Assembly (NCBI GenBank): GCA_022711115.1
Contig: JAKLFP010000010.1
Location: 14,330-78,329, forward strand
Source of the DNA: Candidatus Omnitrophota bacterium
Lineage (GTDB): Bacteria; Omnitrophota; Omnitrophia; Omnitrophales; Aquincolibacteriaceae
Length of the DNA stretch: 64,000 nucleotides
Reading direction: 5' to 3'
The position numbers and the translations under genes are program-made. The notes under the pieces were generated by a model. The model was given only the letters and a program-made list of their open reading frames with translations, was not told the DNA's origin and did no database searches. Positions 1 to 13,281 of the stretch are shown piece after piece; positions within the stretch are counted from its first letter, which is position 1; each line of letters begins with the position of its first letter.

Positions 1-1
1 C

Positions 2-2682
<2,681 letters not shown>

Positions 2683-2685
2683 GCC

Positions 2686-3420
2686 ATGGATACTCTTAAT
2701 CCCATTCCCCAGCACGTTGCGATCATCATGGATGGCAATGGCCGTTGGGCCAAACAGCAGGGATTGATGCGTGTAAAGGGGCATGAGATCGGGGCTCAGC
2801 GAGCCGAAGAAATCATGAAAGCGGCTCAGGACAAAGGTATCCGTTTCCTGACGCTTTACGCCTTTTCCAAAGAAAACTGGCGCCGACCCAAAATGGAAAT
2901 AGAATTTTTAATGGGGCTTCTTTCTTCCTATCTGGATAGTCGGTTGGAAAAGATTGTTCAAAACAATATCGTATTTAATGTGATTGGCGAAATTCAAGAC
3001 CTTCCGGATTCCTTACAAAAAAAACTCATCAAGACCATGGAAGCCTCAAAAAATAACACAGGTCTTGTTGTGACCTTCGCCTTAAGTTATTCAAGCCGTC
3101 GGGAGATTTTGCTGGCCTGCCGGAAGATTGCAACCCAGGCGGCGCAAGGGGAGTTGAAGCCTTCGGAGATTTCGGAAGAGACGATATCCGGGAATCTTTA
3201 TACTGCCAACATGCCGGACCCAGACCTCTTGATTCGTACCAGCGGGGAATATCGGATCAGCAATTTTCTTTTATGGCAGATTTCTTACGCGGAACTTTAT
3301 ATCACGTCGAAATTCTGGCCGGATTTTACCCGCGAGGAATTTGATAAGGCCATCGAAGATTACCAAAAACGGGAAAGACGTTTCGGACATACATGCGCGG
3401 CGGGTGGAGGAAATCCATGA
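2686..3420 (+). CDS. uppS: undecaprenyl-diphosphate synthase (cis-isoprenyl transferase)
   Basis: HVAIIMDGNGRWA and FSKENWRRP motifs typical of UPP synthase. Confidence 0.93.
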   Translation: MDTLNPIPQHVAIIMDGNGRWAKQQGLMRVKGHEIGAQRAEEIMKAAQDKGIRFLTLYAFSKENWRRPKMEIEFLMGLLSSYLDSRLEKIVQNNIVFNVIGEIQDLPDSLQKKLIKTMEASKNNTGLVVTFALSYSSRREILLACRKIATQAAQGELKPSEISEETISGNLYTANMPDPDLLIRTSGEYRISNFLLWQISYAELYITSKFWPDFTREEFDKAIEDYQKRERRFGHTCAAGGGNP

Positions 3421-4214
3421 ACCAGCTCACAAAACGATTGCTAATTTCCTTGGTTTTTATTTCCATAGCGATTGCGGCTATTTTTTTTATGCCTCATTGG
3501 TTCTTTTTTCTGGTCATCGAGGCATTTATTTTGTTGGGGCTGAATGAATTTTTTTCGCTTGCGGAACAAAAAGGACTCATTATCCATCGCGGGTTCGGGC
3601 TTTTCTTCGGTGCGATTCTCCCGTTTTCCGGATATTCGTCGATGCAACCCACCGTTTTATTGATGGTTTGCGTGGCGCTTTTCATATTTCTTTTCCACCG
3701 CCGCTCTCCGGATCGTACGATCACAAGTGTTTCCGTCAGTGTTTTCGGGATCATCTACGTGTCCTGGTTTTTCTCTTATCTGATTAAGATCAAGCTCCTT
3801 CCAGAGGGTTCGGCCTGGGTGTTCTATACCCTCCTGCTCGTCAAGGCCGGAGACGCCGCGGCCTATTTTATCGGGAAAAAATTCGGAAAAACAAAACTTC
3901 TCGAACATGTCAGCCCGAAAAAGTCCATGGAAGGTGCTGTCGGCCAGATGCTGGCGACCATTTTATTGTCCGTTTGTTCCGGTGTTTATTTGAATGTGTC
4001 GGTCATCCATCTTTTAATTCTCGGGGTCTTGGTTGGAGCTTTGTCTCTTTTAGGGGATCTTGCGGAAAGTCTGATCAAACGCGATGCCGGGGTGAAAGAT
4101 TCCGGCGCGATTCCAGGGCTCGGTGGCATGCTGGATATCATGGACAGTTTGCTTTTTACGGTTCCATGCGTTTATTTTTATCTGACCGTTATTCTTGGTC
4201 TTGAAAAACTATGA
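3417..4214 (+). CDS. cdsA: phosphatidate cytidylyltransferase
   Basis: Polytopic membrane protein directly after uppS. Start reassigned to the ATG at 3417 (GGTGGAGG RBS, ATGA overlap with the uppS stop). Conserved uppS-cdsA-dxr-rseP synteny. Confidence 0.85.
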   Translation: MNQLTKRLLISLVFISIAIAAIFFMPHWFFFLVIEAFILLGLNEFFSLAEQKGLIIHRGFGLFFGAILPFSGYSSMQPTVLLMVCVALFIFLFHRRSPDRTITSVSVSVFGIIYVSWFFSYLIKIKLLPEGSAWVFYTLLLVKAGDAAAYFIGKKFGKTKLLEHVSPKKSMEGAVGQMLATILLSVCSGVYLNVSVIHLLILGVLVGALSLLGDLAESLIKRDAGVKDSGAIPGLGGMLDIMDSLLFTVPCVYFYLTVILGLEKL

Positions 4215-5353
4215 AAAACCTCGTTATCCTCGGATCTTCGGGTTCAGTGGGAGAGAATGCTCTCCATGTTGTGCGGATTCACCCGGAACGTTTTTCTGTT
4301 AAGGCGCTGGCGGTCAAAAAGAACATCGAAAAACTCTACGAACAGGCCCGCGAATTCCATCCCAAGCTTGTTTGCATCTATGATCCTCAAAAAGCCAAAG
4401 AGGCCGCTTCCAGGTTCAGGAGGTTGGGCATTCGCGTCGTTTCCGGGGATGATGGCCTTTTGGAAGTCGCGACGCTTTCCGGAGTGCATGAAGTGATCTG
4501 CGCCATGGTGGGGGCGGTGGGGTTGAGGCCGATTTTCGCCGCGGTCCATGCGAAAAAAAATGTGGCAATAGCAAACAAAGAGCCTCTTGTCATGGCGGGG
4601 AAGCTGCTTTTGAGCGAAGCGAAAAAATGCGGTGTGGGGGTGCTTCCGATCGACAGCGAACATTCCGCGTTGTGGCAATGTCTTGAAAAACAGGATCCGG
4701 CTTTTGTTAAAAAACTTATCATCACATCTTCGGGCGGACCTTTCCGGAATCGCAAAGGGTCTTTGTCCGGGATCACGCCGTTGCAGGCGTTAAAACATCC
4801 GAAATGGAAAATGGGGCCGAAGATTACGATTGATTCTGCGACGCTCATGAACAAAGGGCTGGAAGTGATCGAGGCTTCGAATCTCTTTCATGTGCCCACG
4901 GAAAAGGTCGAAGTGGTAATCCATCCGGAAGCGATCGTGCATGCCTTAGTGGAGTTTGTGGATGGATCGCATTTTGCCCATCTCGGCGTGACGGATATGT
5001 GCCTTCCGATTCAGTATGCCATGAGCTATCCGGAGAGGCTGGTCAATCACTTGCCGCATCTGGATCTTGTGCGTCTGAAGGCGTTTCACTTTGAAAAGCC
5101 GGATCCGAAGCGTTTCCCGTGTCTTGAACTGGGTTACACCGCAAGCCGTATCGGCGGGACGATGCCGGCTGTGCTGAATGCGGCCAATGAGATTGCCGTG
5201 GAGGCTTTTTTAAACCGGCATATTGGATTTTTGGAAATCCCAAAGATCATTGAAAAAACCATGAGCGCACATCATTTAATCAAAACGCCAACACTTGCGG
5301 ATATTTTTGCGGCAGATGCCTGGGCCCGCGAAACCGCTGAGGAATTACAATGA
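4211..5353 (+). CDS. dxr: 1-deoxy-D-xylulose 5-phosphate reductoisomerase
   Basis: ILGSSGSVG NADPH-binding N-terminus and DXR-family core; 380 aa. Confidence 0.95.
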   Translation: MKNLVILGSSGSVGENALHVVRIHPERFSVKALAVKKNIEKLYEQAREFHPKLVCIYDPQKAKEAASRFRRLGIRVVSGDDGLLEVATLSGVHEVICAMVGAVGLRPIFAAVHAKKNVAIANKEPLVMAGKLLLSEAKKCGVGVLPIDSEHSALWQCLEKQDPAFVKKLIITSSGGPFRNRKGSLSGITPLQALKHPKWKMGPKITIDSATLMNKGLEVIEASNLFHVPTEKVEVVIHPEAIVHALVEFVDGSHFAHLGVTDMCLPIQYAMSYPERLVNHLPHLDLVRLKAFHFEKPDPKRFPCLELGYTASRIGGTMPAVLNAANEIAVEAFLNRHIGFLEIPKIIEKTMSAHHLIKTPTLADIFAADAWARETAEELQ

Positions 5354-6537
5354 ATCATTTGCCGCAAATTTTGAATTTCTTAATTTCTATTCTACCGGCT
5401 CTTATCGTTTTTGGAGTTTTGATCATCGTTCATGAGTGGGGCCATTTCATCGCTTGTCGTTTATCTAAGGTTCGGGTCGAAAAATTCTCGATCGGTTTCG
5501 GTCCGGAACTTTTCCATTGGCAATCCAAAGAAACGCGATTTTCTCTTTCCATTCTCCCTCTGGGAGGTTTTGTCAGTCCTGCGGGGGAAGAGGCTTCTAA
5601 GGTCGGTCCTGAAGGGCCGAAACCCGGAGATTTTCTAGCCGCCTCCACCCTTTCAAGGATCTTTATTATTGCTTCCGGGGTGTTGATGAATTACGTCCTT
5701 GCCTTCGTTGTTTTTTGGTGTGTTTTGATGATCGGACAGCCTGTTCCGGGCACCGTGGTGGGCGGTTTTGTAAAGGGTTATTCTGCCGAGAACAGTTTTC
5801 TTCGCGTGAACGATAAGATTCTGAAAGTGAACGATCAATCGGTGACGACTTTTAAAGACATTTTGGATCAACTGAATAATGCTCAAACTGAGATGATCAA
5901 GCTGAATGTTGAACGACCCCAAACGAACGGAACACCGGAGTTTTTAATCATTCAGATCAAGCCTAAAGTTGAGACCGTGACAGATGTTTTTGGCAAAAAA
6001 GGTCAGCTTAAGAGGATGGGAATTATGCCTGACGGAAAAGCGGTTGTTTATGAACGGTATGAACCTTTTCCGGCCCTGAAGAAAGCTTGGGAACTGGAAG
6101 TTTTTCATACGGTGTTGACCCACAAAGCGATTTTTTATCTGATCACAGGTCAACTTTCAACCAAAAATCTTATGGGACCGCTTGGAATTATCCAAATAAG
6201 CGGTCAAGCGGCAAAAGCGGGGATTGTGACTTTGCTGCAGCTTTTAGCGATCTTGAGTATTTCGCTCGCTGTGATCAACCTTTTACCGTTTCCGGCGCTG
6301 GACGGCGGTCATTTGATCTTTCTTTTAATCGAACTCGTTACGGGGAAACGCATCAGCCCCGTGGTGCAGGAAAAGATCACCACCGTTGGTTTTTTTCTGC
6401 TGATGGCTCTGATGGTTTTTGTGATTTATAATGATCTCGACAATATGCGCGTGATCGACGGAATAAAAAATGCTTATCAATTTGTGGTAGGGGAAATAGG
6501 AAAGTTTTATGCGCTGGTCCAAAACACTCATTCCTAG
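5350..6537 (+). CDS. rseP: RIP zinc metalloprotease (site-2 protease)
   Basis: HEWGH (HExxH) within TM1, an internal PDZ-like region, and a C-terminal LDGG motif; 395 aa membrane protein. Confidence 0.9.
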   Translation: MNHLPQILNFLISILPALIVFGVLIIVHEWGHFIACRLSKVRVEKFSIGFGPELFHWQSKETRFSLSILPLGGFVSPAGEEASKVGPEGPKPGDFLAASTLSRIFIIASGVLMNYVLAFVVFWCVLMIGQPVPGTVVGGFVKGYSAENSFLRVNDKILKVNDQSVTTFKDILDQLNNAQTEMIKLNVERPQTNGTPEFLIIQIKPKVETVTDVFGKKGQLKRMGIMPDGKAVVYERYEPFPALKKAWELEVFHTVLTHKAIFYLITGQLSTKNLMGPLGIIQISGQAAKAGIVTLLQLLAILSISLAVINLLPFPALDGGHLIFLLIELVTGKRISPVVQEKITTVGFFLLMALMVFVIYNDLDNMRVIDGIKNAYQFVVGEIGKFYALVQNTHS

Positions 6538-8191
6538 TCTTCGAAATGTTCCGAAGGATGCCGAGGCGATCAGCCATCAGCTTGCGTTGCGGGCAGGATT
6601 GATCCGGCAACTGTCTTCCGGGGTTTATAGTTATCTGCCGCTTGGTTTTCGCGTATTGCTCAAGATCATTCAAATCATCCGTGAAGAAATGAATCGCGCG
6701 GGTGCTTGTGAAGTCCTGCTGCCGGCGCTTCATCCTGCCGAGATCTGGAAGAAATCCGGGCGATACGAAACGCTCGGAGAAGACAAAATCGCATTAAAAA
6801 ATCGTGCAGGGCATGAGTTTGTGCTTGGCCCCACGCATGAAGAAGTCATTACAGATCTTGTCGGTACCAACATCAAATCTTTCCGCGACCTGCCGCTCAA
6901 TCTCTATCAGATCCAGACCAAATTTCGCGATGAGGCCAGGCCGCGTTTTGGTGTGATTCGAACCAAAGAATTCATCATGAAGGACGCGTATAGTTTTGAT
7001 GCCGATGAAAAAGGTCTGGATGTGAATTATCAGAAAATGTCCGAAGCCTATCACCGGATCTTCACCCGCTGCGGCTTGAAGTTTCAAGTCGTGAATGCGG
7101 ATACGGGAATGATGGGCGGCAAGATGAGTCAGGAATTTATGGTGATTTGTCCTTATGGAGAGGATCGTGTAGCGAGCTCTGAACATGGATATCTGGCAAG
7201 TCAGGATATTGCCATGCGAGGAAACCCAAGCCTCACAACTCCCGCGCCGAAATCCGGAAAACCCGAAATGTTTGATACGCCCAATCTTCGGACAATTGAT
7301 GAGATTTCGCATCGTTACAAAATCCAACCATCGCATATGATCAAGACCTTGATCTATATGGCAGATGGCAAGCCCATCGCGGCTCTTGTGACAGGGGATA
7401 GTGAAGTCAATGAAGGAAAGCTTCGTAAGCTATTATCATTAAAAGAGTTGCGTCAAGCTGACGGGCATGAAATTTTAGAAGCGACAGGTGCTCCTGTTGG
7501 ATTTGCCGGTCCTGTTGGCCTCAAAATTCCTGTTTATGCGGATTGGGATATTCTCGGGATTGCGGATGCTGTGACAGGTGCGAATCAGAAAGATAAGCAT
7601 TTGAAAAATGTCACGATCGGCCGTGATTTTAAGCCGACAGCGACCGGTGACATCCGTTTTGTGAAAGACGGGGATTCTGCCCCGGATGGCAAAGGCAAAC
7701 TGGTACTTACGACCAGCATGGAGATCGGGCATATTTTTAAATTGGGAACACGCTATACCGAATCCATCGGAGCCTTTTTCTTAGATGAAAAAGGTGAGCG
7801 GAAACCCGCGATCATGGGTTGTTATGGCATTGGCGTGAATCGCATTCTTGCCGCAGCGATCGAACAACATCATGATATCAAAGGCATTCAATGGCCGGAA
7901 GCGATTGCTCCTTTTCATTGCGAAATCATTACCATCAATCAAACCGATGAGAAAGTTGTGAAGGTCGCGAGTGATCTTTATCACGAGCTTACGGCTGCCG
8001 GTAGAGAAGTCCTTTTTGACGACCGCGATGAGCGTGCCGGCGTCAAATTTAATGATGCGGATCTTGTCGGTATTCCCAAGCAGATTATTATCGGTGAACG
8101 TAACCTTGCGCAAGGAAAAGTCGAGATCAAAAATCGACGGACAGGCGAAACCCAACTTGTAGATATTGCTTCACTGAAATCCCACCTTTAA
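6509..8191 (+). CDS. proS: proline--tRNA ligase
   Basis: Class II aaRS motifs. N-terminus MRWSKTLIP...SHQLALRAGLIRQ is typical of ProS. 560 aa, with a C-terminal anticodon-binding domain. Confidence 0.95.
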   Translation: MRWSKTLIPSLRNVPKDAEAISHQLALRAGLIRQLSSGVYSYLPLGFRVLLKIIQIIREEMNRAGACEVLLPALHPAEIWKKSGRYETLGEDKIALKNRAGHEFVLGPTHEEVITDLVGTNIKSFRDLPLNLYQIQTKFRDEARPRFGVIRTKEFIMKDAYSFDADEKGLDVNYQKMSEAYHRIFTRCGLKFQVVNADTGMMGGKMSQEFMVICPYGEDRVASSEHGYLASQDIAMRGNPSLTTPAPKSGKPEMFDTPNLRTIDEISHRYKIQPSHMIKTLIYMADGKPIAALVTGDSEVNEGKLRKLLSLKELRQADGHEILEATGAPVGFAGPVGLKIPVYADWDILGIADAVTGANQKDKHLKNVTIGRDFKPTATGDIRFVKDGDSAPDGKGKLVLTTSMEIGHIFKLGTRYTESIGAFFLDEKGERKPAIMGCYGIGVNRILAAAIEQHHDIKGIQWPEAIAPFHCEIITINQTDEKVVKVASDLYHELTAAGREVLFDDRDERAGVKFNDADLVGIPKQIIIGERNLAQGKVEIKNRRTGETQLVDIASLKSHL

Positions 8192-8250
8192 AATCATCGT
8201 CAAAAGGCTTCTCCGCTTTGTTTTCCCCGGATGCATGATAAAATGAATTT

Positions 8251-9354
8251 ATGATGCGTCAGAAAACATCCTCGTTTTATGGATCCAAAAAAATCATCCA
8301 TATCGACATGGATGCATTTTTTGCGGCCGTCGAACAGCGAGATCAGCCGGCACTTAAAGGCAAGCCTGTGATCGTGGGCGGGAACCCTCAAAGCCGCAGC
8401 GTGGTAAGCACTTGCTCTTACGAAGCCAGAAAATTCGGCATTCATTCCGCAATGCCAACCGCTCAAGCCAAGCGTCTCTGTCCCCAAGGAATTTTTTTAT
8501 ACCCGAATTTTGAGAAATACAGAGCTGTTTCCAAAACCATTATGTCCATTTTGAATACTTATACACCTTTGGTGGAACAAGTCTCTCTGGATGAAGCGTA
8601 TTTGGATGTTACGGAGAACCGCTTTAACATCGAAGATCCCGTGACGCTCGCAAAACTGATCAAACAACACATCTTTGCAGTCACACACCTGACAGCGTCC
8701 GCGGGTGTGGCCCCCAATATGTTTCTTGCGAAGATTGCGTCGGATATGAAAAAGCCCAATGGAATCACCGTTGTTCCCCTGGAAAAAGTGCCGGATTTTC
8801 TCCGGGACCTACCAGTGCGAAAAATACCCGGTGTGGGGCCCCGTACTGAGGAAATCCTGAGCAAGATGAATATTAAAACCTGCGGGGAACTCAAAGATGT
8901 TCCCTTCAAGAGCCTTTGTGAAAAGTTCGGGAAATGGGGCATGGAGCTTCACCGCAAAGCACATGGCGAAGAGGACCGTGAAGTCAACCCCTTTTGGGAA
9001 CGTACTCAACTAAGTGCCGAAGAGACCTTTGCGAAAGATATAACCGACATTTCCTGGCTTAAGAGAAAACTGGCGCAACTTGCGGAGAATGTTTTTCATG
9101 ATTTACAGCAAGAGGGTCGGACAGGCAAGACGATCGTGCTCAAAGTGAAATACCATGATTTTGAACAGATTACGCGTTCGAAAACTTTGTCGTTGCCGCC
9201 GCGGGATTGGTATGTTCTTCATGAAACCGCCTGTGATCTGCTGAAAAAGAAAACCTTGGCCGGCAAAAAACCGATTCGGCTGCTTGGACTGGGGGTTAGC
9301 GGTTTGAAAAGCCCAAAGGAAGCAGCTCTCACCAGTCAAAAAGAACTATTTTGA
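8251..9354 (+). CDS. dinB: DNA polymerase IV (Y-family)
   Basis: IIHIDMDAFFAAVEQRD and SLDEAYLD catalytic motifs; 367 aa. Confidence 0.93.
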   Translation: MMRQKTSSFYGSKKIIHIDMDAFFAAVEQRDQPALKGKPVIVGGNPQSRSVVSTCSYEARKFGIHSAMPTAQAKRLCPQGIFLYPNFEKYRAVSKTIMSILNTYTPLVEQVSLDEAYLDVTENRFNIEDPVTLAKLIKQHIFAVTHLTASAGVAPNMFLAKIASDMKKPNGITVVPLEKVPDFLRDLPVRKIPGVGPRTEEILSKMNIKTCGELKDVPFKSLCEKFGKWGMELHRKAHGEEDREVNPFWERTQLSAEETFAKDITDISWLKRKLAQLAENVFHDLQQEGRTGKTIVLKVKYHDFEQITRSKTLSLPPRDWYVLHETACDLLKKKTLAGKKPIRLLGLGVSGLKSPKEAALTSQKELF

Positions 9355-9538
9355 TTTCCTTCCCATTCCCCGCAACGGGTAACAAAACAGTTTTTCCCGC
9401 AAACAGTACGCCGTGAAGCAATACACCAATAATTTTGAAAGATAAAATCTTCTCGATAAAAACCGTCTCTTTGTTGAAAAAAAGAAGAGGATTTCCTGAA
9501 AGCATTTAAAAAAGGTATGAATATAAAACACTCTCGTT

Positions 9539-11236
9539 TCAAGATTGTGGAAATTCCGCTGCTGCGATTGCTTTTTCAAAAAGACGCATAGCCTCTTTTT
9601 CTTGTCCTGCATCACGGCGAATATACCCGAGCAGAACATAAAAAAAAGGATTTTGGGGATCCCTTTGGATCGCATTTCTAAGCAACTGGGTAGCTGAGGA
9701 GGTTTGCCCTGTTTTTCTTAAAGAAATAGCCCAATCGGGAAGAAATGTTTTTGAATCGAGATGTTTGATTAACAACGCGGCAAGGGAAGCTGATTCTTGA
9801 TAAAAAAGTTTTTTTGTGTCGGTGTCTAATCGGGAGTAGCAATTGGTCATGTTGTTTAAAACGGCAAGATCGCCTAGTCCCAATGCGATCGCTTTATGAT
9901 AATGCATGAGAGCCAATCGATCATTTTTAATGCCTTCCCCGGCGTAAGCCTCTCCTAAAGCAACATGAGGCAGTATTTTTTCAGAGGATTCTTTAAGGTC
10001 ATTTCCCCATAACGCGAAAGGACTTCTCCAGAACTCATTTCTGGAATAAGTTAAAAAAGAAAAGACCAAAATGATCAATAAAGCAATCGCTAAAAAGCGT
10101 GTGGCAGAGCGGATGATGGCCCATAACGCGAATGATAAAAAAAGAGTGAATCCAAACATCGGGAGATAAAGACGGTGTTCAAAAATGACGTCGCGGATAG
10201 GAATAATCGAAGATTCAACGCTTAAGGTCAAAAAAAACCAGAGAATGCCAAAAGCGAGCAGCGGTTCTTTTTTAAAAAGAGCGATGGCGAATAAAAAAAT
10301 ACTTCCAAGAAGCAGCAAGGCCGACCACGTGTCCGGATCTCCGGGGAAAACGGAAGGGAGGTAACCGTGACTGACGCATTGGTGGATCGGTAGAAGAAGA
10401 AGTCGCAGATAGGTCCTGAGAACTCGGAATTGAGTTAAAAGATAATCCCAACGGGACATGTCCGTGTCTGCTTTTGGAAGGATATTCGTCATGGTTTCTG
10501 GATGAAAGAAGGGCAAGATAAATTTCCCGCTGAAAAAAATCGGGATGACCGGCAAAAGAACGGCAAAAGGCAACCAGCGGAAGAATTTTTTTGTGAGGGA
10601 TTCTTTTTGGGAAAGCGGGAAAAAACAAAAATCCGCAAGGAGAATCATAAAAGGAATTGTAAAACTGATTTCCTTGGTAAGCATGGCCAATCCAGTGAAG
10701 ACGAGAGAAAAGATGTAAAACCTTTTTTGTTCAAGTCTCGCTTTCAAGTACATCAGAAGGGCTGTGATGTAAAAGAGGGTTGCCAGTGTAGCTGTCCGTT
10801 GGACAATATAAGTAACCGCCTGGGTTTGAAGCGGGTGCACTGCAAAAAAGAGGGCCGTGATTAGTGAGAAGGCATTTTGCTGTGATGAAGGGAGACGGTC
10901 CTGCATGGCGGGTGTGCGGAGAATCATGCGTGTCGTTTCGAAGACCGCGAGTGAAGCAAGCAAATGGATCAACAAATTGATGAGATGATAGCTCCAAGTG
11001 TTTTCACTGGCGAAAGCATATTGCAAGGCGAAGCTAAAGGCTGTGATGAATCGGGCATGAGTGAAATCCCAGATTAATCCCAGGTTTAGCGGTGAATGTA
11101 CGATGGGATAATTGGTTAAGATGTAATGAAAGTCGTCCAAATGAAAAGGCACAATCAGTGTGTTGCTGTAAACAGCGATTCCGAAGAGAACGATGAGGAG
11201 GATAGCTGTTTGGAAGCGTATGATTTCTTTTTGCAT
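9539..11236 (-). CDS. TMTC-like polytopic membrane protein (PMT_2/DUF1736-type N-domain) with C-terminal TPR repeats
   Basis: About 10 predicted TM helices in the N-terminal 400 aa, followed by TPR-like repeats. Paralogous to the next gene. Confidence 0.6.
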   Translation of the reverse strand: MQKEIIRFQTAILLIVLFGIAVYSNTLIVPFHLDDFHYILTNYPIVHSPLNLGLIWDFTHARFITAFSFALQYAFASENTWSYHLINLLIHLLASLAVFETTRMILRTPAMQDRLPSSQQNAFSLITALFFAVHPLQTQAVTYIVQRTATLATLFYITALLMYLKARLEQKRFYIFSLVFTGLAMLTKEISFTIPFMILLADFCFFPLSQKESLTKKFFRWLPFAVLLPVIPIFFSGKFILPFFHPETMTNILPKADTDMSRWDYLLTQFRVLRTYLRLLLLPIHQCVSHGYLPSVFPGDPDTWSALLLLGSIFLFAIALFKKEPLLAFGILWFFLTLSVESSIIPIRDVIFEHRLYLPMFGFTLFLSFALWAIIRSATRFLAIALLIILVFSFLTYSRNEFWRSPFALWGNDLKESSEKILPHVALGEAYAGEGIKNDRLALMHYHKAIALGLGDLAVLNNMTNCYSRLDTDTKKLFYQESASLAALLIKHLDSKTFLPDWAISLRKTGQTSSATQLLRNAIQRDPQNPFFYVLLGYIRRDAGQEKEAMRLFEKAIAAAEFPQS

Positions 11237-11253
11237 AAAGATCCTACAATTAT

Positions 11254-13182
11254 CTAACGCGGGTTTTCTTTATTTGTCTGAATTAATCGGTATAGTCTCT
11301 GCGCTATTTCTTTTTGCCCTATAACTTCCATTTTTTTAATTTGTTCTTTTACCAAATGGATATCGCCTTGCTGTAAATAAATTTCTCCCAATGCTAACAC
11401 GGGGTCCGGATAAGTCGGGTCCAAAGCGCATGATTTTTTTAAAAACCGGACGGCTTCTTCCGGTTTTCCGTTATTTTTAAAAATGATCCCAAGCTGGCAA
11501 TAAGCCGGGGCATAATAGGGATTTATTCTCATTACTTTTATAAACTGCGTCACTGAATTTTTAATGTCACCTTTTTTTTGGTAGGCCACACCCAAATTGT
11601 AATGTCCGATTGCAAAATACGGCTTGATTTTTATAGCTTTTTGCAAGTTCGCAATGGCACGGTCGACGTCATTTTTTTCGCTATAAAGAACTGATAAATT
11701 ATTTAAAACATCGGCTTGCTGCGGATCAATTTCAATAGCTTTGTTGTAGAGCATTAAGGCTTTTTCTTTATCACCTTCAGTGTTGTATAAAATGCCTAAG
11801 TTGTAATAACCCCGGGGATCTAAAGGATCTTTTTCTATTATTTTCTCATAGTATTCTCTGGCTTTTTCGAAATCCTTTTTTTCCAAATAAGCCCTGGGTA
11901 AATTAATATAGCCCCTTTTTTTATCGGGTGATTTTTGCATCACATCTTCCCAGAGCGAAACTTCCGTTCTCCAAACATAGTTTCGGGCATAAGTGAGCGA
12001 GGAAAAGGTGAGAATCATCATGGCGGCAATGGCAACGAAAAGCGGGGTCTTTAGAAAGAAAAATAGTGTGGTGGCTAGAAAAATCGCACACCCGGCAAGG
12101 GGAAGATACATGCGATGTTCGGCGATGACGTCATTAAGCGGAATGATAGTTGATTCCACGCTTAAGGTCAGGAAAAACCAAAATAGGGTGAATGCAACCA
12201 ATCGGTTTTTCTTAATCATCCAGATTCCCATGAGGAACAATCCTGATAGTAATAAAAAACATAATAAAGTTTTTGGTTCCAGCAAAGAATGGGCAATCGG
12301 ATAGTCGTAATCAACATTTTGATGAATGGGGAATAGCAATAGCCTTAGATACGTGCATAAGACGTTAAATTCCGTTAACAAATATTCCAGGCGTGAAAAT
12401 ACATTTTTTTGAGCTAACGGGTTCGGAAAAAATTGATGGGGTGACGTGTACAAGGTGTTCCCGCTGCTCATAAGGGTCAAGCAGGGTATGATGATTAACA
12501 GCAATAGAAAAGGGAATAATTTTGTAAAAATCTTTCTTTTATTACCCGAAAATCCGAAAAATAAACATTCAATGAGTCCCAGCATCAAAGGTAAGGTGAA
12601 TGCGATCTCCTTGCAGAACATGGCCAAAACAGCCATGGCAAAGGCTAAATAAAAATGCACTTTTTTTCCATCTAGCCTTTCTTTTAAATAAAAAATGATC
12701 GTTCCAAGATAAAAAAAAGTCGCCAGAGAAGTTGAGCGTTGAAAGATGTAGGTGACAGCCTGGGTTTGAAGCGGATGTGAGAGAAATATCAAAGCGCTGA
12801 AAACAGACAAATAATGTGAAGCGTTCTGAGAATATTTTCCAAGCATTTGGGGGGTCGACAGAAGCAATAAAACCAAAAAATAAACCAAAAACGAGTTTGA
12901 CATATGTATGGCAAAATTTAAGAGATGGAAACCGAAAACTTGGTGCAGACTTATGCAGTTGTTGAGTGCGAACGATAGATGACAGAGGAACCTTGTCTTC
13001 TCATTAAAGTTCCATATGGCCGGGATATTCGAAAGGTTATAAACGGTCCAGTTTTTTAAAATGCGTGGGATGGCATCAAATTGAAAAGGAACATTCCAAG
13101 AGTTGGAGTAGATAAGAGCGCCTAATCCTAGAAGAAGCGCCAGGATCATGTAGTGCCTTATTTTTTCTGAAAATTCTTTCAT
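11254..13182 (-). CDS. TMTC-like polytopic membrane protein with C-terminal TPR repeats (paralog)
   Basis: Same architecture as 9539-11236. The C-terminal about 230 aa has clear TPR repeats (YYNLGILYNTEGDKEKAL..., HYNLGVAYQKKGD...). Separated from its paralog by 17 bp on the same strand. Confidence 0.65.
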   Translation of the reverse strand: MKEFSEKIRHYMILALLLGLGALIYSNSWNVPFQFDAIPRILKNWTVYNLSNIPAIWNFNEKTRFLCHLSFALNNCISLHQVFGFHLLNFAIHMSNSFLVYFLVLLLLSTPQMLGKYSQNASHYLSVFSALIFLSHPLQTQAVTYIFQRSTSLATFFYLGTIIFYLKERLDGKKVHFYLAFAMAVLAMFCKEIAFTLPLMLGLIECLFFGFSGNKRKIFTKLFPFLLLLIIIPCLTLMSSGNTLYTSPHQFFPNPLAQKNVFSRLEYLLTEFNVLCTYLRLLLFPIHQNVDYDYPIAHSLLEPKTLLCFLLLSGLFLMGIWMIKKNRLVAFTLFWFFLTLSVESTIIPLNDVIAEHRMYLPLAGCAIFLATTLFFFLKTPLFVAIAAMMILTFSSLTYARNYVWRTEVSLWEDVMQKSPDKKRGYINLPRAYLEKKDFEKAREYYEKIIEKDPLDPRGYYNLGILYNTEGDKEKALMLYNKAIEIDPQQADVLNNLSVLYSEKNDVDRAIANLQKAIKIKPYFAIGHYNLGVAYQKKGDIKNSVTQFIKVMRINPYYAPAYCQLGIIFKNNGKPEEAVRFLKKSCALDPTYPDPVLALGEIYLQQGDIHLVKEQIKKMEVIGQKEIAQRLYRLIQTNKENPR

Positions 13183-13281
13183 CTTTGGCGTTTTCCCCGG
13201 CGTTGCTTGTTGCCGAAATTCTAATTCATGAGAGAATCTTTAGTTGCGAATTTAAAGTAAAATATTATACTAAACAAACTT

